64,000 bases of DNA, from the NCBI GenBank assembly GCA_030141605.1, contig JAQGDQ010000237.1, positions 280,871 to 344,870 on the forward strand, given 5' to 3'. The DNA is from Tubiluchus corallicola (Eukaryota > Animalia > Priapulida). Numbering within the stretch: position 1 is the first letter of the stretch; each line of letters begins with the position of its first letter. Shown here in pieces: positions 47,438 through 58,438 of this stretch. Both the position numbers and the translations under genes were made by a program. The notes under the pieces were generated by a model that saw only the letters and a list, made by a program, of their open reading frames with translations, was not told where the DNA came from and ran no database searches.

Positions 47438-47722
47438 GCTTGCTTGCTTGCTTGCTTGCTTGCTCGCTCACTCACTCACTCACACACTCATTCACTCACC
47501 TACCTACCTATCTACCTACCTACCAACATACCTACCTACCTACCTACCTACCTACCTACCTACCTACCTACCTACCTACCTACCTACCTACCTACCTACC
47601 TACCTACCTACCTACCTACCTACCTACCTACCTACCTACCTACCTACCTACCTACCTACCTACCTATCTACCTACCTACCTACCTACCTACCTGCCTTAC
47701 CTACTTGTTTACTTACTTACGT
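47220..47722. repeat. Compound tetranucleotide microsatellite (TTGC/TTAC/CTCA/CTAC)n
   Basis: Directly visible. It explains the LLTY/LPTY ORFs. Confidence 0.95.
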
Positions 47723-48279
47723 ACGTGCTTACCCTCCTAATAGATCGAAAGACAGATAGAACACAAATACATGATTGTCACTGGAGTTTATTGATCGCAG
47801 GGTTACACGTAGCTCAGATCATTAAAATGCAGATCATTAAAAAATAATGCAGATCATTAAAAAATTGAAAAAAATTCAAATGGTCTAAAAATCAACTTCA
47901 ACTTCAAGATCAACTTCAGAGATTACCTGAGTCCTGGGAAAAGTGGTCATAGACAGACAGACAGACAGACACACAGACAGTCTGTCAGTCAGACAGACAG
48001 ACAGTATTGATAATTTTGTAATTGCCTATTTCGTTCTGTCAACCATAATTAACATTGGCAATCATGTTAACGAAACCAAAGCGCTACTGTAACGTTGCTT
48101 AAGGTGACTGGGTTGACCCCAACACCATGTTTCATTTTATAACACTTAAATGGCATACAAAATCGCTTATAAAAACTGCAAACTGAATTTTATTTGACAA
48201 ATTTGAGATCACCCAAATTCTAGATCGAAATATAATTAAAACTGCTCACAACATTACGTCTTGACTTTGTTTTTACAGA

Positions 48280-50487
48280 ATGATTATGTTGTCAAGATTG
48301 ACCATCTTGCTGGCGTGTGCAATAGGTTCCATGCAGCATGCAGTAGATGTTGCCACTGGAATGGGTCCTTCCAATGGCAATGTTGCCGCTGCCATGAGCA
48401 ACTTTGGTTCTTCAAATGGCCGCGCTATGGGATACGGTGCAGGCCAAAATGGCGCAGCTATGGTTAACGGTTACAGAAACACAGAATTTAATGACGCACA
48501 GCAAAATCCGCCATATATAAATGGTGTATATGGCAGTTCTAATGGCGGTTCCTCAAACGGTTATGGTATGACTGTGGGCAGGTCAACGAATGGCAATGGC
48601 GAATCATTCAGTTCCCGAGCCAGTGTTGCGAACAGCAACAGTGAACCTATGGTTAGTTATGGCCGTGCTCCAAGTGGTTTGCCAACAGATGTTATGATGA
48701 CTAACAATGGTGGATCAGTTGTTGGCAATGGTCGTGCAACTAATGGTCGTGCACCATATGTAAATGGTGTATATGACAGCTCTAATGGGGGTTCCTCAAA
48801 TGGTTATGGTATGACTGTGGGCAGGTCAACGAATGGCAATGGCGAATCATTCAGTTCCCGAGCCAATGTTGCGACCAGCAACAGTGAACCTATGGTTAGT
48901 TATGGCCGTGCTCCAAGTGGTTTGCCAACTGATGTTATGACTAGCAATGGTGGATCAGTTGTTGGCAATGGTCGTGCAACTAGAGGATATGGTTTAGCAC
49001 CTAATGTTGCATCCAGCAATGGTCACACTATGGTTGGCAATGGACGTGACTACAGTATTCCAGCTGAAGCTATGGCCAGAGGTAGTCAGACTATGAATGA
49101 AAATGGCCCAGCAATGGCACTGGTCAATGGCAATGGTGCTCTTCCTGCCATTAATGGTAATGGCAGAGCAACGAATGGGTATGGGCCATTTCATGGTGCA
49201 TCGTCTAACCAAGGGGTTCAAATTGTGGATATGATGTCATACCCAGGAATGACAGCCAGGTCTAATGGTGTTATATCCAGGAATGGAATCAGCACTCCTG
49301 CAGGGATTGGTTCACCTAATGAATTCGAACCTACAATGGAAGCTAGTAATGGATACGGTCTGCCTGGCAGTGCTGGACCCAGTATCAGTGCCACTAGGAA
49401 TGGCTATGGTTTGCCAAGTAATGCCAGACCTCTGATTGCTGATAGTAACAATGGGTTTGGTTTGGCAAATGGACGTGGACCTACGACCAGTACCATCAGC
49501 AATGGATATAGATTACCAACTGGCCAAGGACGAGCTACTAACGGTGTTGCTGCTGTACCTCGTGCTGGTGTACGTTTGCCAATTAGTGCTTCTAATGGTA
49601 GGTCTAACGATGCCTTGCCAAGAAATGGTGTTATTGTGGGTGAACATGGTCAACCAAATATCGTTGCACCAGATATCAATGGCAGAAATGGATATATTCC
49701 AGTGCATGCTTCTCCACCAACATACAGTAGATCAGCTGACAACAGATTTGGTAGAACAAATGTAGCTGTTCCTGAAAATGCGGCTAGGAATGACTTTGGC
49801 AGATCCAATGGATTTGTGCCTAGAAATGGCAACGGAAGAGCCTTTGAAAGACGTGACGATTTTTCAAATAGAGAGGATGTTGTTCCTGACATGGTTAATT
49901 TTGGCAGGTCAGTTGATGAACAATTTTTTACTAATGGTGAAATCCCCAGGAATGGATTTGTTGCATCAAATACAGGAACTCCGGATGATTCTTTTGACAT
50001 AACCACATTTGACAACATTGACGCTAGCGATCTGGGTGTAGAGAATTTTGGAGATGCCTATATTGACACTGATTCTTTTAACTTCAACCTGTGGCGTGAC
50101 ACTGCCGTTGCCGAGGCGCCCCAGCAAGCCTCCAATGACAAAGAAAGAGAAATGGTAGTAATTGGTTCAAGATATCGTTCCGGATTTGCCAAGCAACAAG
50201 AAAAGAGCACTGGTGAGAGACAAGGATGGGGAGAAGGCGAAGCAGGCGTTGAGTTGAGTGCTTCCAGGAAGGCAACACAAGACTCAATGCAGAGATACTC
50301 ACAGTCTCAATCAAGTGAAGGAAGCACAGAGAAGGGTGCTGCTTATGCATTCGAGCGTACACCCAAAGTGGAGTTTCAGAAAGTGAAGGTAGACGCATTG
50401 CCTGTACATTCGGGACCGGAAAAGCCACAGCCTGAAGTCAATGGCCACATGAGGTATCCTCCACCAACAATGCGCCATTATCAGTAG
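48280..50487 (+). CDS. Secreted Asn/Gly/Ser-rich low-complexity protein (735 aa), putative extracellular structural/matrix protein
   Basis: Long ORF with hydrophobic N-terminus (SRLTILLACAIGS), abundant SNG/NGR/NGY motifs, an 81-aa internal duplication and an acidic D/F-rich segment near aa 565-600. Confidence 0.85.
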   Translation: MIMLSRLTILLACAIGSMQHAVDVATGMGPSNGNVAAAMSNFGSSNGRAMGYGAGQNGAAMVNGYRNTEFNDAQQNPPYINGVYGSSNGGSSNGYGMTVGRSTNGNGESFSSRASVANSNSEPMVSYGRAPSGLPTDVMMTNNGGSVVGNGRATNGRAPYVNGVYDSSNGGSSNGYGMTVGRSTNGNGESFSSRANVATSNSEPMVSYGRAPSGLPTDVMTSNGGSVVGNGRATRGYGLAPNVASSNGHTMVGNGRDYSIPAEAMARGSQTMNENGPAMALVNGNGALPAINGNGRATNGYGPFHGASSNQGVQIVDMMSYPGMTARSNGVISRNGISTPAGIGSPNEFEPTMEASNGYGLPGSAGPSISATRNGYGLPSNARPLIADSNNGFGLANGRGPTTSTISNGYRLPTGQGRATNGVAAVPRAGVRLPISASNGRSNDALPRNGVIVGEHGQPNIVAPDINGRNGYIPVHASPPTYSRSADNRFGRTNVAVPENAARNDFGRSNGFVPRNGNGRAFERRDDFSNREDVVPDMVNFGRSVDEQFFTNGEIPRNGFVASNTGTPDDSFDITTFDNIDASDLGVENFGDAYIDTDSFNFNLWRDTAVAEAPQQASNDKEREMVVIGSRYRSGFAKQQEKSTGERQGWGEGEAGVELSASRKATQDSMQRYSQSQSSEGSTEKGAAYAFERTPKVEFQKVKVDALPVHSGPEKPQPEVNGHMRYPPPTMRHYQ

Positions 50488-51514
50488 TTTTGAACTACGG
50501 AACAATGTTCTTTTAAACTTTAATGACATTGAATATTGAGCTCTCTTTCTCTCATTTTTCTTCCTCTCTCCCCGTTCTCTCTTCGCTCTCTCTCTTTCTC
50601 CCTCTCTCTGAGTCTGTCTGTCTCTTTTTCTCTTTCTCTACCTTGCCTTTTCTTAAAACTGTTTTTCAATTTTCACCGCACACTTTTACCGTTGTTTGTT
50701 CACATCGCGCAAACTGCAATTAAGTTACGAATACAATTGGAGATGTTGAATTAACTTGTAAGTTTCAATTATTGAACTGATTTGTCGTTGTTAAGCAATT
50801 GTGACAACATCACGGCCATATTGTATATTTATTCCTTTATTGTAATGTTATGTTATTGTTGTTGCTATTATTATTATTGTTGTTGTTGTTTTTGCTTTTT
50901 AATATAAGCCACCGATGAATGGAAACTTTGCTGTTGATATTTTTATTTTCTTTGCTTTTCTTGACACCTTATGGTACGTTCAGGTCAAACCCTCAGGACA
51001 TTTTCTCCAATTTACCTTTAAATTCAATAAAATAGAAACACGGAAGTCGAAAAAGGGGGCGGGAGAAAGACAAGATCAATCCAGTGTTTAACTATAATCA
51101 CATTGAGTACAGGGTGCAGGGCCCTATAAACTCATGTGTGCAATGTGCATAAATATGCCTGGCTTTCACAAACATGTATTTCCAGACCGTGATTATAAAC
51201 AAGTGGGTCCAGCCACTTGAAACTAGAAGATGTTCACGCTACAAAGTGAGTTTAGACTATACTACTAATTTTTGGTATGCCATTTTGTCAATTAGCAATT
51301 TTGTTTCAGATAATTTTAGTTTTTACACCAACGTCAGTTATTCCTACAATAAGTTGAACGTTTACATCATCATCATTTCAACTGAAATTGCTAACGAATG
51401 ACGGCAACGGGACACTGTTGGTTATCTTTTACTTCGTATTCAGCATAGTGTTGCAAATGCCATTAAATTCATACAGTCTCCAGAGGCAGAAATAATTTAG
51501 TAAAAAACTAGTTT

Positions 51515-52144
51515 TTAACTGTTTTCTTTGAATAACGAATCGTAAGATGGCGGTGGGGCTGAAGGAGATCTCACAGCTGGCGAAACTAATCCACAATCAT
51601 AAACAGGTAAGTTCATAGATGGCGCCACTTGCTCTTGTTGATGTGCTTGGCAATAAGGAGGTCGTAAGCCATGCGTGTATTCAGCTTGTGGTTGAGTTTC
51701 TTCTGTCGACACTGCAATCTGAATGGGTGCTAACACACTGCCACAATTATTCATGTACACCGCTCTGTCGCCATATGAAGTAAAACCCGACTGTGGCGTC
51801 ATCCAGGGACGGTGAGCGAAAGTTTCCAATGTATGCTCATTGGCCCAGGCATGGCTTGACGCCATCAGAGGTATATTTTGATTACCGTGAACAATGACTG
51901 TCCCGACTCTGCGATAACCATTCGCTTGCTTTATAAAGTACCCACCGGCCACACAAAACACGATGGACATTACCCATGCCGTCAGTAAAGCTATCCACGA
52001 GTAAGTTATGAAGAGAATGCCAAAGCCCACGGCGAACAAAATGGAACCCATCGCAAGTAAATTGGTTCCTCTCTGTCGCAAACGGATGGGCCAGACGCGA
52101 CCCTGACGATGTGAAGATTGGCTCTGGATATCTAGAGACACCAT
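51515..52144 (-). CDS. Small two-transmembrane protein with C-terminal PPxY motif (about 209 aa)
   Basis: First ATG at 52144. Two adjacent hydrophobic helices (LLAMGSILFAVGFGILFITY; IALLTAWVMSIVFCVAGGYFI) and a Pro/Gln tail ending SAPPPSYDSLF. GC content is higher than in the flanks. Confidence 0.7.
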   Translation of the reverse strand: MVSLDIQSQSSHRQGRVWPIRLRQRGTNLLAMGSILFAVGFGILFITYSWIALLTAWVMSIVFCVAGGYFIKQANGYRRVGTVIVHGNQNIPLMASSHAWANEHTLETFAHRPWMTPQSGFTSYGDRAVYMNNCGSVLAPIQIAVSTEETQPQAEYTHGLRPPYCQAHQQEQVAPSMNLPVYDCGLVSPAVRSPSAPPPSYDSLFKENS

Positions 52145-52908
52145 TGAAGTTGTCCGTCTGCTGTTTCTTGGATACAATTATTTCAAATGAATTTTGTATT
52201 CACTTGATGATTATGACGGTCGCCAAATACTACGTTCTTGATGTTTTGATGTAACTAATGTCCATCATCTATAACAGACCAAGACAAAATGTATAAAAAA
52301 TAATTAGGTTAGTGGTTGGTGTACTTTTTAATTAATTTACTACTAATTTAATTACCAATGACTGAGCATTTTCAATGATTATTCGCCTACAAGTTGGAAC
52401 GTGTTTGGAAAAAAATAAAAAAACAATAATGTTAACAAACTTCTCCATTGTTCGTATTAGTCTGTGTTACTTACTAACAGAGGCAATTAGTGGTGAACAA
52501 TCTTCCGCAAAAACCTATTTTCTATTGGTAAGGATATTTAGGTAAATTTAACACAATGAAGCAACTAATTTTGATGAACAAAATAAGAAATAAAATGAGG
52601 GCATTTTTAAACAAATGATAAGCATTACAGAGTAAAAACAGTTCATACAAATGAAATATTTTTCATCTAGTGCCAGGTTTAGTAAAAATTTATTTCGGAA
52701 AATCTTTCCATTAATTCCATTATCGGAAGCTAAAGACATAATTGCAAAGCACAGACGCATAAATATATACGCATCCGCACCGGTGAGGAATACCTACAAT
52801 GTAAAATAAGAATTAAAAAGTAATGGCCTTAAATTTGCAAAAATTCACATGTCATAAAACAGTGTACGCCTGTTTCTAATAAACTAGCCGCATAATGCGT
52901 TAAATACA

Positions 52909-53123
52909 TATAAGTGCTATAATATGTGTGAATTATAAGTGCGTGTATAAGTGCTACAATATGTGTGAATTATAAGTGCGTATATAAGTGCTACAATATG
53001 TGTGAATTATAAGTGCGTATATAAGTGCTACAATATGTGTGAATTATAAGTGCGTATATAAGTGCTACAATATGTGTGAATTATAAGTGCGTATATACGT
53101 GCTACAATATGTGTGAATTATAA
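52909..53123. repeat. Minisatellite, 37-bp unit, about 5.8 copies
   Basis: Unit tataagtgctacaatatgtgtgaattataagtgcgta. aatatgtgtg recurs at 52921, 52958, 52995, 53032, 53069 and 53106. Confidence 0.95.
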
Positions 53124-53399
53124 TCAATTAAAGTGCTAAATAAAACAGAAATAGCGGAAATCGGTTTACTTGTAACCAACCAAAAATTTAGAATATTAAA
53201 ATTACTGCGTTCACATTGTTAGAAATGTATCTAATGTATAATCATCTGCAAAATAGGTACATCTAATGCATATGTAGCTAGACGGATTTGCCCTTAATAA
53301 TTTACATTTAGTAAATTTAGATTTAGTCAATTAAAGATTAACAGAATGCAACATCAAGAGAACAGAAGAACAGGTTTTCACATTGTGATTAAACAATCA

Positions 53400-54060
53400 G
53401 ACAAAGGAGAAGCTAGAGTAATTTGAGGAAACGAATTAATTTTAGGCCTGCATCACTTAGGCTATAATCATCGGAGTAACAGACTTGCAAGAATGAAAAA
53501 GAGAATCAAACACATTATTATTCTTTGTGCAGCTGACTGACAATTTCTCCGTAATTTTAGTTAATTAAGATCAGCCAGAACAACTGTATTCCATACGCTT
53601 CTGAAAATCCAAAAAAAACCTTGGCTTTGACGTCTTATTAAATTTGCTTTTAATAATCTTACTGTAATTATTTCTATTTGTACTTGTGTTGACGAGTGCC
53701 TTAACTCCGACAACGCTCTTATTTCGTTAGAGACTTCATTCCTAAGCTCAGAGATTTAGATCTACCACCAAATAATCATGTCACGCTTGACTAGTGCAGG
53801 TATTGCAGATATTACATCATTGTTTGAAAATTTTGCATGAATATAGTAGATCAGAAGGGCACACAATCTTGCGGGAAGCAACTTGAGATTGATGACATTT
53901 TTGGAATTTGGTCAAGTGTAGATTGGAACTCTATTCATTTGTTGAGTTTTTTTGGTAATGTTAACGAGAACGCAAAAGTGAATTTTGCGATTTCTGCTTC
54001 AGAAGTAACCTCTTTTGATATTAAAGTTAAATTCTAAGGTGATAGATCTTTATAAAAAGC
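53400..54060 (-). mobile_element. Decayed non-LTR retrotransposon (LINE) reverse-transcriptase remnant
   Basis: Minus-strand fragments in the expected order: RSITL (~54040, cf. YRPIsL), STLDQI (~53915) and FLDFQK followed by a frameshifted A.DTV-like stretch (~53600). Many stops and frameshifts. Confidence 0.4.
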
Positions 54061-56769
54061 CGACTGATAAACGGCAATATTCAGACTAAACGTAACGTCA
54101 CCCAATTCAATATAAGATTCCAAAGTATACTGTCAAAGTCCAATCAAAGGAAAATTTCTTCCATCGAAAAAAACAGACACATACTAGAGAACTTAAATTG
54201 CACTTGGCTTTTGTGGTCTTGTTCGTACACATGTCTACGGAAACGAAGTAGACATGATAGTAACTGTTTGCCCCAACCTGCTTATCTTACACGCAAAGTG
54301 ACGCAAAAAGCATACTTACCTTTTAAAATCCGTGAACAAAATAAAATCCAAGGTTTGCAATCAGTCCTAATCTCGTGTGTAGCTTATGACAACAGTTTGG
54401 TTTACAGTAGCGGCAGAGGACAAAGACCGTCAGTAAAAATATTGAACTGTCATCATGAATGAATAAATTAGCTGGTGATTAGTCGTTACCGCAGTTGTTG
54501 CCATTGCCAATCGGGGTGCCTAACTACCGTCTTTTCTGTTGACAACATGGAGTCACGCACTGTCGCCTAAACCTGTTAACTAATTATCTGTGGAGATCTC
54601 CTGTAAATTATAAGCGCCAATGATCTATGAAAATTATAAAAAATAATTTTGTACAATGTGAAAAAACAAATAAAAATGGGGGAAAGGAAAGACGCAGTAA
54701 GATATATAAAAAAAAGGAAGAAAAGTGGCGTAATTGAAGAATGTATATGTAGAAAAATAGAAGCCCACAATCAATAAACGTGGAAATGAACCTCTAAATT
54801 CTTTATAAGTCTTACAGGACGAGCAAACGTTTCTAGCATTAGCAAAATATAGGCCTATTACAGATTCATTTCATATTAAGATTCTACTTGCGTTCTACTT
54901 GCAGGTCATGTATACGTTCGCTTACCATAACCGACAATGTAGGGCACCACATTTCTTTTTGTAATATAAAATTATTATTCATTATTATCTAACGTGATCT
55001 GTACTAATGTCTGTAATTTTAATATGATCATACAGAAATGTCTCACTGATTGCCTAGTGCTGTCTTATGATTTGCAGGCTGTGCCGTTAGCTTATAGTCT
55101 TATGCTGGAATTGCAATGTGTTCATCAAACTTGTTAACACAGATTAATTCTTAATGACAACAATAGTGACAATGCATGAAAAGACGTTACTTGTGTCGCT
55201 GTAAATGCAAATTGTGATTGACACTACTAAAAAAACTGCAAACTGCTATTGGTTATAGATATGTCTTCATTCATAAATATTTATAAATATTGCGTGTGTT
55301 ACAGCCTACGGCTCAATTGATAATAAACTTGAAATTTATTAGTTTTAAAAAGAATTGCTGATGGTACGACTGTTTTGATTAGATTATGGTAATAGACTAG
55401 TCAACGCGACAGAGTTCCTTGGCTTTCTGTGAGGATTTTTAAAACATCGATGCGATATTGCTGATTTGGCGTGTGGCCAGATCTAACCCAGTACACTATA
55501 CTGTCTGACACTTCTAACAAACCTTAGAAGTGCCCACCAACAGCATTCATTTAAATAAGTTTTGTCTTCCAAAAGTAGATAAATTATAACAGGTTTGTTG
55601 ACCGTACAATAAAATTTACATATTACTGCAATTATACAAAATAGAATTAGCTAAATAATGCAGCATGTGATACAGATAACGTTTAACGCACTAAAGTTTA
55701 AATATTGCAACTCATTAAAAATGACATTTACTGCTCACAAATCTTATCTTTGTAATGGCAGTTTAATTCAAAAGTTGGTGTCCTTACTGATTCGTCTTAA
55801 AGAACCAGCATTAACAAGGATTATCTATAAGTAAAAGTAAATTCTCGTAAACCTGGTTTTTAAGAACTATACTAGTCCTTCTTGTGATAATTATCTGTCT
55901 TTTTGTCGTTTTCTGTATTTACAGTTTTCTCTCCAGTCTGCCAATACGACAACCACCCGCTCAATAATGACCTTGATACCTTATTTCACGGAATGGGAGG
56001 CCACTTGGAATGAGCAACAGCAAAACAGACGTTAAAGAAAGAGACGTTTAGGAACCGAGACTTCGAAATCACTCTATAATAAATATTTAGAACATTCCCA
56101 TCTATTAAAACATTTTGTTGACAAACTAAAAAAAAATTATGCGCTCAGAATTCTCGCTCACAATTCATTTTAACCAAGCAACATGTTGAGCCCACCCCTC
56201 AATAATCGACTAAATCTCTCCTTATCTAATCTCTCCTTATCTTGCATTATATGGTTTAATTTAAGCGGCCTTCACTTTGCAGGTAAATTGTTAGCTAAAT
56301 AACTCCAGACGAGACGAAATTTATCATAATCATGCAAGAATTAAGGATTTAAATTATAATCACAATCGAACGTCCCAGCTTGAAGATGGCGGTCTGTTTC
56401 GCAGGGTGCCCACTTAAAACGGACGGTTCTTTGTCACTGGCACAGTAAGAGAACGTTATCTTATCATGAATCTCCGATAGCGTAAGGAGGTGAGCGACTT
56501 CTACCCCGCTGAGCATCTAGTAATCTACTGTTGGTCCAGTAACTCCTCTTGACACGATACTGCTCTGACGAACGCTAAGAACTAACTCCTTGTCCACGAC
56601 CTCGCTCGGGACTACTCACAGCTTGTTTAGAATACTCGCAGTGCTCTTGCAAAATAAACCTGGAGCTGCCCTTGAATTCAACGGCAACAATAACATTATG
56701 CAGCTTTGATACGGAGCAGAAATCTTTCAATCTCTAATTGAAGCATTTGAACAAAGCCGAAGAATTGGA

Positions 56770-56945
56770 TATAAAAATGGGTCACATTGGTCCAGCTATA
56801 GCTTTTAATCGGAGATCGGCTGCAGATCAAAGAATTTTATCAGAGAAACTCACAGGTGTTAACCTGTGATGAAAGTAAAGAGTTTGTGAATTTTTCTAGT
56901 CGACGATATCCGATACGAGAAAGCTGATGCTCTAAATCATATAAT
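56770..56945 (+). promoter_or_regulatory. Candidate TATA box and non-coding first exon of the GYGGSS-rich gene
   Basis: TATAAAA at 56770, donor GTAAGT at 56946, and downstream acceptor ttttcAG at 58024-58025 before the ATG at 58085. Confidence 0.4.
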
Positions 56946-57391
56946 GTAAGTAAACATTTGTTGCAAATTACTACAGTGATTTTTGCTTTTCATTCTTTTT
57001 TAAGCTATCGTGTTTAAGGATTATTTCTATAGCTTGTACCAGCTCTATCAGATTTACTTTTTATATGAATAACAAAAATTACGTTTGTATTTTTTGCTTA
57101 AGGAACAGAATGCCATAGTCATCAATAACTTTTTATTTTTCATTCGACTGCAATTTTTGTTGAAGTAGCCAAGTGAATAACAAAACTTATTTGGCAAAAC
57201 TAACTTGGCAAAAAGTCGAGAAAGTCTTGCACCAAAAGTTGAAAGAGAAAGGTTGTAATGTACCATAACTCTAATTAAAAACTAAAATGAGCAGCAAAAG
57301 ATGTTTTCTGCGTTTTTTACGAGAACATTGGCGAAGAAATACGAATATCTGGGTTTGTTCATAAATATGAAAGTGGTTGTGAAGACGGTGT

Positions 57392-57424
57392 TGATGATGA
57401 TGATGATGATGATGTGATGACGAC

Positions 57425-57464
<40 letters not shown>

Positions 57465-57540
57465 ATAAAGATAAAGACGATGACGACTAGATGATGATGA
57501 GGATGGCGATAGTGACGATGATGATGACGAAGAAGATGTT
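57392..57540. repeat. (GAT)n-rich microsatellite
   Basis: Directly visible. Confidence 0.9.
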
Positions 57541-58084
57541 ACAAACGCGAAACCCCATTTTCATGCTGCTGTAAGTTGTATGGCAAAATGTTGTTTTTCG
57601 TTTTCACTTCTTTTGCGTTTATCTACCTGTCATGCTCTGTGTTTTTTTCCTCCTATTTTCCGCCGTCTGGTGTCTATGCGCGTTGCCTATCAAAGTGGCT
57701 ATGCATGCAGATGACTTGCGAGTACCTTCAGCTAACAGGGGAAAGTGATTAAGGACCTGGTATCTATAGGAAGAGAGATATAGGAAGAGGGTCCTTTGTG
57801 AAGAGGGTCCTACAGAGTACTTATAGGAAGAAAGGTAAGTAATATACAGACTGGCAGGGTAGAAAGAATATGAAAAAGCATTTGACTTTATAGCAGTAAA
57901 AGGCAGCTAACTAAACCATGTAATAAAATGAACTATTTTGCTCGAGATAAAAATTATGGTGCTAATTTTGATCTTGCATAGTGAACTGTGACAGGTGTAA
58001 TTTCAGATATAATATCTTTTTTCAGATATAATTTCAAGATTTTGGATATTTTTGAACGACTACACAATTGAAAAATCTTCCAGT

Positions 58085-58129
58085 ATGCGGACTGCTGTTC
58101 TGATCTTACTAGCCGTAGTGCTAATATCT
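58085..58129 (+). CDS. Gly/Ser/Tyr-rich secreted protein, signal-peptide exon
   Basis: MRTAVLILLAVVLIS followed by GTAAGT, phase 0. Not in the ORF track. Confidence 0.85.
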
Positions 58130-58438
58130 GTAAGTAATAATGAACTTTTATTTACATCTTCTTTGAATGTCTGACATTTTTTGAATGTCTGATACTCAAA
58201 ATTTAAACACGGCTCTTTAGTTGTTGACGTTGTGTTTTTAAAAACTGGCGTGGCGCAAAAGGTAATTTTTTGTTTTGCAAAAAATATACACTATAGTTTG
58301 CGCAGTAATGGTCCCCCTATTACGTCCGCGAATTACTTTAGCATGATTTAATTTCAAGCAACTTAGCACAGTTTTCTTTAACTCCATTACATTTTCATCA
58401 TTATTCCGATATCAACACTGTGTCTGCAAATTTCACAG

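Noticed and set aside
47204-47847. LLTY/LPTY repeat ORFs in three frames
   Set aside because: Tetranucleotide microsatellite, probably intronic.
52909-53123. 37-bp repeats that superficially resemble a CRISPR array
   Set aside because: The units are contiguous and near-identical with no unique spacers, there are no cas genes, and the context is eukaryotic. It is a minisatellite.
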